DNA of 44,509 bases, from NCBI GenBank assembly GCA_001786765.1, contig MFTH01000003.1, positions 1 to 44,509 on the forward strand. The letters are read 5' to 3'. Source of the DNA: Candidatus Nomurabacteria bacterium RIFCSPHIGHO2_01_FULL_37_25. Lineage in GTDB: Bacteria; Patescibacteriota; Minisyncoccia; Phycocordibacterales; UBA9973. Below the pieces are notes generated by a model. That model made no database searches. It was given only the letters and a program-made list of their open reading frames with translations, and was not told where the DNA came from. A program made the translations under genes and the position numbers. This document shows, piece after piece, positions 17,396-26,883 of the stretch. The first letter of the stretch is position 1. The number at the start of each line of letters is the position of its first letter.

Positions 17396-18896
17396 GAAAA
17401 TATTTTCCTCCAATATCCATAAAAAAATCCGGCCGCTGAAAATTTTATTTGTTGGAAGCGAGATAGCGCCTTTTATAAAAATCGGAGGATTGGGAGAAGT
17501 TTTGCAAGCCTTGCCGAAAGCCCTTTCAGAGCTTGGGCATGATATAAGGACGATGACGCCTAAATATGCGTCAATAGACGAGAAAGAATTTCCTATGACT
17601 GTAATTTTAGACGGGCTTTTGGTTCCAAATTCGGATAGCGAAGATCTAATATGTAATGTGAAAAAATATAAAAATGGCGAGAGCCCAGTAAACTATTTTT
17701 TAGAAAACCAAGAATATTATGAAAAAAGAGGCAGCGTCTATGGCTATGATGACGACCCTGCTCGTTGGGCGCTACTTGCAAAGGGCACTTTGGAATTTAT
17801 AAGGCATAAAATGAATGAATGGAAGCCTGATATAATTGTCGCTAACGATTGGCAAGGGGGATTGATACCAAATTATATGAAATGTGAATACAGCAAAGAC
17901 CCCATAATTTCTAAAATCGCTTCCACTTTTATCATTCACAATATTTATTATCAAGGAATGTTTGACCATAAACATACGAGTGAACTCGACTATGATGATG
18001 GACAGTCCCAAGTTCCTTCCATTACTGATCCAAGGCTACTTAAAATAAATTTTATGCGTCGGGGGATTCGTTATGCGGATGTAATAAATACTGTTTCTCC
18101 AAATTATGCGCGGGAGATTACTACTCCTCAGTACGGAGAAGGTTTAGACCAACTATTGCAAGAAAGGCGAAGCAGACTTTTTGGAATTCTGAATGGTATA
18201 AATTATGAGAATTATAATCCGGAGACAAATCCTTATGTTGAATTCAAATATAACGAGGATAATTTAGACGAACGGATAAAAAATAAAAAAATATTGCAAC
18301 AAAAATTTAATTTACCAGAAAAAAAAGACGCTTTTTTGGTAAGTATAATCGGCCGTCTGGCGGAACAAAAGGGTATTAATTTGGTAGCTGATACAATCGA
18401 GCCTCTGCTTGAGAATTTTGATTTTCAATTCATAATATTAGGAGCGGGAGAATCGCATTTTGCCGATTTTTTTGGCGAGCTTGATAAAAAATACAAAAAT
18501 GTGGCTACGCATCTTTCTTTTGACAATATTTTACCACATAGTATTTACGCTGGAGCCGATGCTATCCTCATTCCTTCTCGATTTGAGCCATGCGGATTGA
18601 CCCAGATGGAATCAATGCGCTACGGAGTCGTGCCGATAGTGCGAAAAACTGGAGGACTCGCTGACAGTGTCAAAGATCATACTTCCAGAGAGGATCCAGG
18701 TACTGGCTTTGTCTTTGAACACTATGATAAATATGCCTTTTTAGGCACTTTTATGCGCGCTTATGAAATATTCAAATACCCAAAAATTTGGCAAGAAATA
18801 CAGAAACGCGCAATGAAGGAGAATTTTTCTTGGGAAAAATCAGCCAAGGAATATGAGAAACTTTTTATGCGAGCCCTTAATCAACTTAATTCCTAA
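17394..18896 (+). CDS. glgA: Glycogen synthase (GT5)
   Basis: KIGGLGEV, ANDWQ, TIHN-like IIHN, VSPNYA, PSRFEPCGLTQM, RKTGGLADSV. Confidence 0.95.
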   Translation: MKIFSSNIHKKIRPLKILFVGSEIAPFIKIGGLGEVLQALPKALSELGHDIRTMTPKYASIDEKEFPMTVILDGLLVPNSDSEDLICNVKKYKNGESPVNYFLENQEYYEKRGSVYGYDDDPARWALLAKGTLEFIRHKMNEWKPDIIVANDWQGGLIPNYMKCEYSKDPIISKIASTFIIHNIYYQGMFDHKHTSELDYDDGQSQVPSITDPRLLKINFMRRGIRYADVINTVSPNYAREITTPQYGEGLDQLLQERRSRLFGILNGINYENYNPETNPYVEFKYNEDNLDERIKNKKILQQKFNLPEKKDAFLVSIIGRLAEQKGINLVADTIEPLLENFDFQFIILGAGESHFADFFGELDKKYKNVATHLSFDNILPHSIYAGADAILIPSRFEPCGLTQMESMRYGVVPIVRKTGGLADSVKDHTSREDPGTGFVFEHYDKYAFLGTFMRAYEIFKYPKIWQEIQKRAMKENFSWEKSAKEYEKLFMRALNQLNS

Positions 18897-18907
18897 AAGT
18901 AAATATG

Positions 18908-19028
18908 ATCCCGTTAGAAGCCACGATCACAATTTATAAAATAAAAATTATGAAAATAAATTTAGATAATATTACTAATTTAACTTATCAGATGCAAAAC
19001 ATGATTGCGATCTGCTTCTAAACGGGAT
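18908..19028. mobile_element. CCCGTTAGA/TCTAACGGG miniature element, copy upstream of GH57
   Basis: Same TIRs; internal uORF at 18950..19021, extendable to ATG 18905. Confidence 0.85.
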
Positions 19029-20514
19029 GAAATGGGCTAACTTTTTACATTTTTACCAACCAGCTGACCAGCAACCAGATATTTTGGAGGCAATCGTTAC
19101 GCAAAGCTATCGGCCGATTATCGAGGGTATAAAAAAAAATAAAAACGTTCATCTGACGATAAATATTAACGGCGCGCTTTTTGAATTGTTGAATAAATTT
19201 GGGCACAAAGACATAATTGAAGATTTGAAAAATTTAGTAAAAGAAGGCCGTATTGAAATAACAGGATCGGCAAAATATCACCCTCTCTTGCCGCTTCTAT
19301 CTGAGGAGGAAATAGAAAGACAAATAACATTAAACACAGAAACGCTAAAAAAATTTTTAGGAGATTACACTCCTAACGGATTTTTTTCTCCAGAAATGGC
19401 CTACGACGACAGAATCGGAAAGATTATAGAAAAACTTGGCTTTAAATGGCTTATTTTAGATGAAATTTCCTGTGGCGGAGAGGTGGGAGGTGTTGATTAC
19501 AATCAAATTTATAAACTAAAAGACACTGATTTTAAAGTTTTTTTTCGTAATCGAAGACTTTCTAATTTAATCATGAGCGCAGTCGTTCGATCTCGTGATA
19601 CTTTATTGGAAGCGATGCAAGACGAACTGAAAAGTGATGATTATATCGTGACTGCTATGGACGCGGAGACTTTTGGGCATCATCGACCAGGACTTGAAAA
19701 AATGCTTTTTGAAGTTTTTGACACTCCAGAATTTGAACTTGTAAAAATTTCCGATATTTCAAAATTTTACAAAGAAAAAAAAGAAATTTCTCCTGCCAAG
19801 GCTACTTGGGCGTCGAGTAAAGAAGATATAGACAATGGCATTCAATTTCTTTCGTGGAATGACCCAGAGAATATGATTCATGGCTGGCAGTGGAAATTTA
19901 CAAAACTCGTTTTGAATGAAGTTTATAGTATGAACAAAAATAATGAGCGTTATGAACTTGTGCGCGAGAAAATGGACAAAGCGCTAGCGTCAGATCATTT
20001 TTGGTGGGCATCCGCCAAACCCTGGTGGAGCCTAGAGATGATCGAAGATGGGTCATTTAATTTGCTTGACACTTTAAGGCATATTCCTGATGTAAAATTG
20101 GAAATCTTGTCTGAAGGAAGGGATTATTATGAGAAAATAATTACAACGGCTTTTAACTGGCAGCGCACTGGCAAAATAAGGATGATGATGCAATCACAAA
20201 GAGACATATTAAGGATTCCATTCAAAGACCGTACTTTGGGCCGTCCGGGGGCGGAAAATGTGTATTATGCTTTTCTAGCAATGATGGAAAAGCTAAAAAA
20301 AGAAGCAGCAAAACGCGGAGAATACGAGCAAGCAATTCTTTGGCGTGATGCGATTTATAAACTTAAACATAAATTGGATATTTATGACACTATGAATGCT
20401 ATCGATTTAGTGCGTGTGAAAATTCCCCACGAGGAGGTTGAGAAAACTATTATTGAATATGAAGAGAAATATCGTCGCATGCGTGGCGGGCAACCCGAGC
20501 AACGCGGAGGGTAA
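19027..20514 (+). CDS. Glycoside hydrolase family 57 protein
   Basis: HFYQP, GSAKYHPLLP, FSPEMA, DAETFGHH, SDHFWW. Confidence 0.9.
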   Translation: MKWANFLHFYQPADQQPDILEAIVTQSYRPIIEGIKKNKNVHLTININGALFELLNKFGHKDIIEDLKNLVKEGRIEITGSAKYHPLLPLLSEEEIERQITLNTETLKKFLGDYTPNGFFSPEMAYDDRIGKIIEKLGFKWLILDEISCGGEVGGVDYNQIYKLKDTDFKVFFRNRRLSNLIMSAVVRSRDTLLEAMQDELKSDDYIVTAMDAETFGHHRPGLEKMLFEVFDTPEFELVKISDISKFYKEKKEISPAKATWASSKEDIDNGIQFLSWNDPENMIHGWQWKFTKLVLNEVYSMNKNNERYELVREKMDKALASDHFWWASAKPWWSLEMIEDGSFNLLDTLRHIPDVKLEILSEGRDYYEKIITTAFNWQRTGKIRMMMQSQRDILRIPFKDRTLGRPGAENVYYAFLAMMEKLKKEAAKRGEYEQAILWRDAIYKLKHKLDIYDTMNAIDLVRVKIPHEEVEKTIIEYEEKYRRMRGGQPEQRGG

Positions 20515-22209
20515 TTGAAGAGAATTTTTATGATACAAGATAAGGAAAACGATTGGTTCACAGAATTTAAAAAAGGCGAAGAATACAAAGCATTCCTAAA
20601 AAATCCAGTCGCTTATTTTTGCGCCGAATATGCGCTTGAGTCCACACTCCCAACTTATGCCGGAGGATTAGGTGTGTTGGCTGGAGATTTAGTTAGAGAA
20701 GTGGCTTTACAAAAATTTCCATTGATATCAGTGGGGCTTTTTTATAAAAAAGGGCAAAATATATTATCCACTGAAAAAATTTTGCCAAAAAATAAATTAA
20801 AACCAGTGCTTGACGAGAGTGGTAAAGAAGTAATTGTTTCTTTACCTATGGAGAATCGGCCGGTTAAGGTCAGAGCATGGCAATGGGAAGACGGTGGGGC
20901 GAGGGTTTATTTGCTGGATACTGATATCCCGGAAAATCGCGCAGAGGATAGAAAAATTACTGAACAGCTTTACAACGAAGATAGAGATATGCGCCTTAGA
21001 CAAGAAATTCTTTTAGGTATTGCTGGGTTTCGTCTGCTCGCGCAATTAGGTTATCATCCTTCGGTTTATCACTTAAACGAAGGACATTCCGCTTTTTTAG
21101 CTCTTGAACTTATTAAACACGAAATGGAACATCAGCAAGTTGACTTTAAAGAGGCCTGCGAATATGCAAAAAAACATATTGTTTTTACCAACCACACCCT
21201 CCTTATGTCCGGGCAAGAAAGATTTTCTTCAGATAAAGTGAAGCTCTTTATAGATCCCTGCGCTAAGGAAATATGTCTTAATCAGAATGAAATCGCCGAA
21301 CTTGGCACTTTAGAAAATAATCCAGATACTTTTTCTATGACAAATTTTTCCTTTAAGCTATCTACTAAGTCAAATGCAGTCAGCAGACTGCATCAAGAGA
21401 AATCCATAGAAATCTGGCCTAATAAAAACATTGAAAATGTAACCAATGGAATTTTTATATCAAGGTGGGATAAAGTAGACGGAGTTTCCGAAAAAAATAT
21501 TTGGGCGACGCATTTAAAAAACAAGAAAAAACTATTGGATTTTATCAGAGAAAAAACTGGAGAAATTTGGAATGAAACAGACTTGATATTTGTATGGGCG
21601 AGAAGGTTGGTTGAATACAAACAGCCGTTATTTTTTCTGGACAATATTGAAAAACTGCTTGAAATTTCAAAAAATTCTCCGATTCCCATCAGAATAGTTT
21701 TCTCGGGACCTATTACTACAGAAGATAACCCTTTTGTTTTGGAAATCAAGAAAATAATTAAAGAGAAATTAAAAGGAATTGTTGTTTTTATTCCTGATTA
21801 TAATACTGACATAGCGGAAATCTTAACATCAGGCGCAGATATTTGGTTGAACACTCCAATGGTTGGTTTTGAGGCTTGTGGAACTAGTGGTATGAAGGCT
21901 GGGTTAAACGGAGTGCTTGCATTATCTACCCAAGACGGCTGGGTATATGAGGTGGAAGAAGAAGATATCGGCTGGGTGATAAATGATTCACAAAATAGTG
22001 AAGAAATCTTTACTTTAGTAAAAGAAAAGATTATTCCAATTTATTATGCTCACTTAAAAAATCTACAAAATTCTATGTGGCTAAAAAAAATGATGCGAGC
22101 AAGAAATTTGATTTTGGAAAATTTTTCAACTTCGCGAGTTCTGAGAGAATATATAGAAAAATTATACATACCAATTATGAAACAAAAACATACCCACAAG
22201 ATCGACTAA
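20515..22209 (+). CDS. glgP: Alpha-glucan phosphorylase (GT35), compact form
   Basis: AYFCAEY, YAGGLGVLAGD, HLNEGH, ARRLVEYKQ, EACGTSGMKA. Confidence 0.9.
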   Translation: MKRIFMIQDKENDWFTEFKKGEEYKAFLKNPVAYFCAEYALESTLPTYAGGLGVLAGDLVREVALQKFPLISVGLFYKKGQNILSTEKILPKNKLKPVLDESGKEVIVSLPMENRPVKVRAWQWEDGGARVYLLDTDIPENRAEDRKITEQLYNEDRDMRLRQEILLGIAGFRLLAQLGYHPSVYHLNEGHSAFLALELIKHEMEHQQVDFKEACEYAKKHIVFTNHTLLMSGQERFSSDKVKLFIDPCAKEICLNQNEIAELGTLENNPDTFSMTNFSFKLSTKSNAVSRLHQEKSIEIWPNKNIENVTNGIFISRWDKVDGVSEKNIWATHLKNKKKLLDFIREKTGEIWNETDLIFVWARRLVEYKQPLFFLDNIEKLLEISKNSPIPIRIVFSGPITTEDNPFVLEIKKIIKEKLKGIVVFIPDYNTDIAEILTSGADIWLNTPMVGFEACGTSGMKAGLNGVLALSTQDGWVYEVEEEDIGWVINDSQNSEEIFTLVKEKIIPIYYAHLKNLQNSMWLKKMMRARNLILENFSTSRVLREYIEKLYIPIMKQKHTHKID

Positions 22210-22232
22210 AAAAGATATGATATAATGAAGTT

Positions 22233-22631
22233 ATGCAAATAAATTTACAAGGCAAAAATATTGAATTAACACAGGCTATAAAAGACTATATTTCAAAGAG
22301 GGTTACTAATTTAGAAAAATTACTCCTAAAGATTGAGCAAGGGCACGGGAAAGTAAGGGTAAATTTTGAAGTAAGTAAATCTACTAATCATCACAAATCA
22401 GGCGAGATTTTTCATGCGGATTGTTTAATCAAAATAGACGGAAAAGAATTTTATGGGAGCGCGGATAAAGAGGATTTATATGCCGCGGTGGATGCGGTAA
22501 AAGACAGTCTTTACAATGAAATAAATAAAAATAAAGATCGCTCGCAGACGCTCTTTAAGCGTGGAGCTTCTAGCGTTAAAAAGATGTTGAAAGGTCTCTC
22601 CAAAAGAAATCCTTTTACTTCGAAATACTAA
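22233..22631 (+). CDS. hpf: Ribosome hibernation factor (HPF/RaiA)
   Basis: NIELTQAIKDYISKR and EDLYAAVDAVKD. Confidence 0.9.
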   Translation: MQINLQGKNIELTQAIKDYISKRVTNLEKLLLKIEQGHGKVRVNFEVSKSTNHHKSGEIFHADCLIKIDGKEFYGSADKEDLYAAVDAVKDSLYNEINKNKDRSQTLFKRGASSVKKMLKGLSKRNPFTSKY

Positions 22632-22714
22632 AATATTAGCAAGTCTAGCGACAGCAGAGCTTATCATTGCTAAAAATAAGAACATGTATAATAGCAACGG
22701 TCGTGTCTATTATG

Positions 22715-23644
22715 TTAGTTTTGTTTCTGGAATTCTGTGTAAGATATTTCTTTTTTGCCTTCCGGTAAGACTTTTTCTATAACGAATTTACTATTTTCTA
22801 ATTTAGCTTTAGTGATTATGATACGCCTAGTTTGAAACCCGCCTTCGCCAAGGCTTCGGCGGGCAAGAAAGAAAGTCCTAGGCCAAACGGCGTATGCTCT
22901 AAATTTGTTGTAATTTAAAATTCCATCGTCATTTAAATTAATAAGTCCCTCTTCTTTTTTTATTTTTTTACAAAACGTTACTTCTTTTTCATCTTGCGGT
23001 ATTGTCTTGATTTTACCTTCAATAAATTCTGGCAGAATTTTTACTAAAAGTTCTCCACCAATTTTTATTAAGCGCTTGCGTAAATCTCCCGCTTTTTCAT
23101 CATTACCTATTTCAATTTTTTCTTGCGCGATGATATCGCCAGCATCCATTTTATATATCATCTTTTGAATAGTTATTCCTGTTTCTGTATCTCCATTCAA
23201 TATAGCGGACTCTACCGGCGAAGCTCCGCGATATTTTGGCAACAGAGAATAATGCGCATTTATTGAACCTAATTTGGGAATATTTAATATATTTTCGGGA
23301 ATTATTTTTCCATACGCGACAACTAAGAAGAAATCTGGAATATTTTGCTCACCACGAAAATTTTTTGCTAAAAATTTTCTCTGTCCGTCGCCGCCCTTCC
23401 TACCAAGGGTTCTCAAAACATTCCAGATTTCTTCTTTCTCTAATTTTTTTGGTTTCAAACAGGTGATATTATTTTGCTCAGCAAAAAGAGCAACGGGTGA
23501 AGCTTCTACGCGCAAACCTCTACCTTTAGGAGCGTTAGGCGAAGTGACAATAAGCGATGGTATAAGCCCATTTTGTTTTAAAATCTCCAAGGTTTCGCTT
23601 GCTACATCCGGCGTTCCCCAAAATATGAAATTTATTTTATTCAT
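22715..23644 (-). CDS. fmt: Methionyl-tRNA formyltransferase with two in-frame palindromic inserts
   Basis: FWGTP, VVAYG, HYSLLPKYRGASP, TGITIQKM..MDAG. Confidence 0.95.
   Translation of the reverse strand: MNKINFIFWGTPDVASETLEILKQNGLIPSLIVTSPNAPKGRGLRVEASPVALFAEQNNITCLKPKKLEKEEIWNVLRTLGRKGGDGQRKFLAKNFRGEQNIPDFFLVVAYGKIIPENILNIPKLGSINAHYSLLPKYRGASPVESAILNGDTETGITIQKMIYKMDAGDIIAQEKIEIGNDEKAGDLRKRLIKIGGELLVKILPEFIEGKIKTIPQDEKEVTFCKKIKKEEGLINLNDDGILNYNKFRAYAVWPRTFFLARRSLGEGGFQTRRIIITKAKLENSKFVIEKVLPEGKKEISYTEFQKQN
22838..22863. repeat. 26-bp in-frame hairpin element in fmt
   Basis: CCCGCC-TTCGCCAAGGCTTC-GGCGGG; encodes ARRSLGEGG. Confidence 0.7.
23331..23430. mobile_element. ~100-bp in-frame MITE-like element in fmt
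   Basis: TIR AAATCTGGAAT/ATTCCAGATTT with inner hairpins GAAAATTTTT-TGCT-AAAAATTTTC and CCCTT..AAGGG. Confidence 0.75.
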
Positions 23645-23662
23645 AAAGCTATAATATATAAG

Positions 23663-24244
23663 CTATTTTCTAGGAATTTCTTCTTTTATATCTTTTGCGT
23701 GGTCGATAAATAATATACCATTCAAATGATCTGTTTCATGTTGGAAAATTTGCGCTAATAATCCAGATGCTCCTCTCTTAAATTTCTCACCATTTTCATC
23801 ATAAGCTGTAATTGTTGCTTTGGTAGACCTAAATGTTTTCCCATAAAGAGGGCGGACTGAAAGGCAACCTTCTGGCATCCATTCTTTCGTACGGGAAAGT
23901 TTCAAAATTTTTGGGTTAATAAAAACTAGGTCTTTTGGGGTAGGGTCTTCCTGCGCGGGGTTGTTTTCTGTGATTATTTTCGTAATGTTATCTTTTTGGC
24001 TGTCGTCTTGCGAGACACTTTGCCTAAGGAATCCTGCATTCAAAACTTTGCCAGAAACTAAAAAAATTCTTAAAGAGTATCCGATTTGAGGCGCTGCTAT
24101 AGCCACACCATCATTTTGGCTTTGAAGCGCGAGAGACATTTCTTTCAGCGCTTTTTTTATTTTTATTGTTTTAATGTCGGAGATAGGTATCTCTTTAGAA
24201 ATTTGGCGTAAAACTTTTTCATTTTTCTGAAGAATTTTCTTCAT
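23663..24244 (-). CDS. def: Peptide deformylase with a ~30-aa insertion
   Basis: GVAIAAPQIG, EGCLSV, QHETDHLNG; start at 24244 supported by TATAAT 6 nt upstream. Confidence 0.95.
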   Translation of the reverse strand: MKKILQKNEKVLRQISKEIPISDIKTIKIKKALKEMSLALQSQNDGVAIAAPQIGYSLRIFLVSGKVLNAGFLRQSVSQDDSQKDNITKIITENNPAQEDPTPKDLVFINPKILKLSRTKEWMPEGCLSVRPLYGKTFRSTKATITAYDENGEKFKRGASGLLAQIFQHETDHLNGILFIDHAKDIKEEIPRK

Positions 24245-24290
24245 GGTTATATTATATTGCTCCAACTCTGAATTCTGAATTCAGAAAGAG

Positions 24291-25598
24291 TTATTTAAGT
24301 TTCTTTAAGTATTCCAAAAGTTTATTTAGTTTTACCGTTTCTTGAGACCTATTGCTCATATCTCGCACTATTACAGTATTATCTAATGCTTCCTTAACTC
24401 CAAAGATAAGGCTATAGGGTATAGCTAGTTTTTCTGCTATGGCTAATTGTGAACCCAAACTATCTTTAGAAAGTGATTGAGCGATAGGGATGTGCGCCTT
24501 GCGCAGTATTTCAATTACATTTAAACTTTTTAATTTTGCTTCAGAGCCAAGCTGGATGAAATAAATTTTTGGTTTTTTCAATATTCGTGGCGCCAATTTC
24601 TTATACCATGGCGACCCTACAACTCTATCTACTCCAACCGAAAAGCCCACCGCTGGAACATCTTTTTTACCTCCTAATTGTCGCGCTAGGTAGTCATAGC
24701 GCCCTCCAGAAGCAATTTGTACTGGCAATCCGCCTTCCTCTTTGTTTTCTGTATATACTTCAAAAACAGTGCGAGTGTAGTAGGAAAGCCCTCGCACTAA
24801 ATTTTTATTTATATTATACCCAATATTCATTTCTTCTAAATATTCTAATACTTCTTTGAAATGCTTCTTGCAAGAAGGGCAGAGAAATGAAACCGAGTCT
24901 GGAGCGTTCTCATTTATTTCTTTTGTTTTTTCTTCTTTGGAATCTAAGATACGAAGCGGATTTATTTTTAAACGTTCTCGATCAACACTTGGAAGTTGGT
25001 TTATATGTTTCCTGTAGTAACTCGTGAGTTCTTTGATGTATCCATTTCGACATTCTTTATCTCCTATTGAATTAATTTCAACAGAAAGATTTTCTGCGCC
25101 AGCTTCTTCTAGAATACTAATGCCAGTTTTTATAACGAGAGCGTCCATTATGCTTTTTTCGTTTCCCAATGAATCCAAATCAAATTGCCAAAACTGTCTG
25201 TAGCGCCCAGCTTGGGGTCTGTCATGTCTAAAGACTGGACCATATTGATATAACATGACTGGCTGAGGTGTGTTTTGCATACCATGTTCAATATAAGCTC
25301 GCATCAAAGGCGCAGTATGTTCTGGTCGTAATGCCAAGTGATCTCCGCCCTTTGTTTTGAGTGTGTACATTTCCTTGTCTATGATGTCGGTGCCTTCGCC
25401 AATAGTGGAAGTAAAAATTTCTTCATATTCCAGTATCGGAGTTTCAATTGGTTTGAAACCATAATACACCGCTACTTCTTGCGCTTTTTCAAAAAATCCT
25501 TGGAAGGAATAATACTCTTCATTCATTATGTCTCTCATTCCTTTGGGTGAAGATATTTCTGCCCCTTTATTTTTGTTTATTTGGGTTGTTTTTTTCAT
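24291..25598 (-). CDS. hisS: Histidine--tRNA ligase
   Basis: KGMRD, LRPEHTA, RPQAGRYRQFWQ, RGLSYY, SGGRYD. Confidence 0.95.
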   Translation of the reverse strand: MKKTTQINKNKGAEISSPKGMRDIMNEEYYSFQGFFEKAQEVAVYYGFKPIETPILEYEEIFTSTIGEGTDIIDKEMYTLKTKGGDHLALRPEHTAPLMRAYIEHGMQNTPQPVMLYQYGPVFRHDRPQAGRYRQFWQFDLDSLGNEKSIMDALVIKTGISILEEAGAENLSVEINSIGDKECRNGYIKELTSYYRKHINQLPSVDRERLKINPLRILDSKEEKTKEINENAPDSVSFLCPSCKKHFKEVLEYLEEMNIGYNINKNLVRGLSYYTRTVFEVYTENKEEGGLPVQIASGGRYDYLARQLGGKKDVPAVGFSVGVDRVVGSPWYKKLAPRILKKPKIYFIQLGSEAKLKSLNVIEILRKAHIPIAQSLSKDSLGSQLAIAEKLAIPYSLIFGVKEALDNTVIVRDMSNRSQETVKLNKLLEYLKKLK

Positions 25599-26179
25599 TG
25601 TGTTTTTAATTCTTGCTTATATTGGCCTGGTAATATACTTATATTATTTATTGGCAGTAAACGTAAAAATACTCTACCTGTAAAAAACTCTTTTTTTACT
25701 GCTCCCCAATATCTGGAATCAGAACTGCCACTTCTATTGTCGCCCATTACAAAATATTCATCATCCTTCAATTTAACATGCATAGTGTTATTTGAAATAT
25801 TTTTTACATAAGGCTCATCAAGTGTAAATCCCAGAGGATATTTTTCATTGATTATGGTCACAACGCTACCTTTTATATCCACAGTTTCATTTGGAAGTCC
25901 TATAACTCTTTTTATAAAGAACTTTGCTGGGTCGTTTGGATATCGAAAGACTGCAATGTCATCTCTTTTTGGGTCATTTAGCTCATAAGATATTTTGTCT
26001 ATTATTAAATAATTGCCGTCTTCAAAAGTAGGAATCATAGAACTTCCTGAAACGACAAATGGTTCCGCTATTAAAACACGAATTGGAATAACGATGGCTA
26101 ATGCTAGTATAGTAAAACGCGCGAGCTCCCAAAATGATTGTTTGAAAGATTGTGGTTGTTTTGATATTTGAATTTGCAT
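25595..26179 (-). CDS. lepB: Signal peptidase I
   Basis: SGSSMIPT, FIKRVIGLP, MGDNRSGSSDSR; start moved to 26179. Confidence 0.93.
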   Translation of the reverse strand: MQIQISKQPQSFKQSFWELARFTILALAIVIPIRVLIAEPFVVSGSSMIPTFEDGNYLIIDKISYELNDPKRDDIAVFRYPNDPAKFFIKRVIGLPNETVDIKGSVVTIINEKYPLGFTLDEPYVKNISNNTMHVKLKDDEYFVMGDNRSGSSDSRYWGAVKKEFFTGRVFLRLLPINNISILPGQYKQELKTQ

Positions 26180-26241
26180 AAACGCAAGTATAACATAAAA
26201 AACTCTTGACATAGTGTTATAATTTGTTTTGTAATAAATTT

Positions 26242-26288
26242 ACCTCACCCTTCGCCCTCTCCGAAGTTCGGAGGGTTGGGGAGAGGTT
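26242..26288. repeat. REP-like hairpin in the lepB/pth divergent region
   Basis: ACCTCACCCTTCGCCCTCTCCGAA-G-TTCGGAGGGTTGGGGAGAGGT imperfect stem. Confidence 0.6.
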
Positions 26289-26310
26289 CCTTTTGTGCTA
26301 TCATATAGAA

Positions 26311-26862
26311 ATGAAAATTGTTGTTGGTTTAGGAAATCCTGGGAGCGAATATGAAAATACCAGACATAATACTGGACGGATTATAGTTGGGATGATACAG
26401 AAAAAATTATCCGCCAAAGGCGGACCCGCCTCTGTCGGGAGTAAAATTAAATTTGTTACGCCGGATAACTATATGAATAATTCCGGGAAGGCTGTGGCTC
26501 CTTTGATAAAAACAAAAAAAGATTTAAAAGACCTCGTCGTTGTTTATGATGATATTGATTTACCACTGGGGAAAATTAAAATTTCTTTTAATCGCTCTTC
26601 AGGTGGTCATAATGGTTTGAATTCTATAATCAAAGCTCTAAAAAGCGAGGAGTTTTTACGTATAAGGGTTGGTATTTCTCCTGCTACTACAAAAGGTATT
26701 GTGAAAAAACCAAAAGGGGAGAAAGCAGTCTTGAGTTTCTTGCTCGGTGAATTTAAAAAACCAGAACTAGAGATAATCAAAAAACTTTCAAAGAAAGTAA
26801 GTGAAGCGGTGGAAACTATTTTTAATGAAGGTAGAGAAAAAGCTATGAGTTTATATAATTAA
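26311..26862 (+). CDS. pth: Peptidyl-tRNA hydrolase
   Basis: VGLGNPG..Y..TRHN, YMNNSG, SGGHNG, RIRVGI; start moved to 26311. Confidence 0.95.
   Translation: MKIVVGLGNPGSEYENTRHNTGRIIVGMIQKKLSAKGGPASVGSKIKFVTPDNYMNNSGKAVAPLIKTKKDLKDLVVVYDDIDLPLGKIKISFNRSSGGHNGLNSIIKALKSEEFLRIRVGISPATTKGIVKKPKGEKAVLSFLLGEFKKPELEIIKKLSKKVSEAVETIFNEGREKAMSLYN
26410..26440. repeat. In-frame double-hairpin element in pth
   Basis: TCCGCC-AAA-GGCGGA followed by CCCGCC-TCT-GTCGGG; encodes SAKGGPASVG. Confidence 0.7.
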
Positions 26863-26883
26863 ATTTATGAATGAAAGTTATCA

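Noticed and set aside
22635-22712. Weak inverted repeats between hpf and fmt
   Set aside because: Short AT-rich arms (TTAGCAA/TTGCTAA), single copy; compatible with an ordinary terminator region.
23935-24045. The def insertion as another MITE
   Set aside because: Only a weak, degenerate terminal complement is visible; it could be an old element, but the sequence alone does not support the call.
24263-24292. AACTCT...TTCTGAATTCAGAA...AGAGTT palindrome as an empty target of the 125-bp element
   Set aside because: It shares only the TGAATTCA core, not the 6-bp asymmetric flanks.
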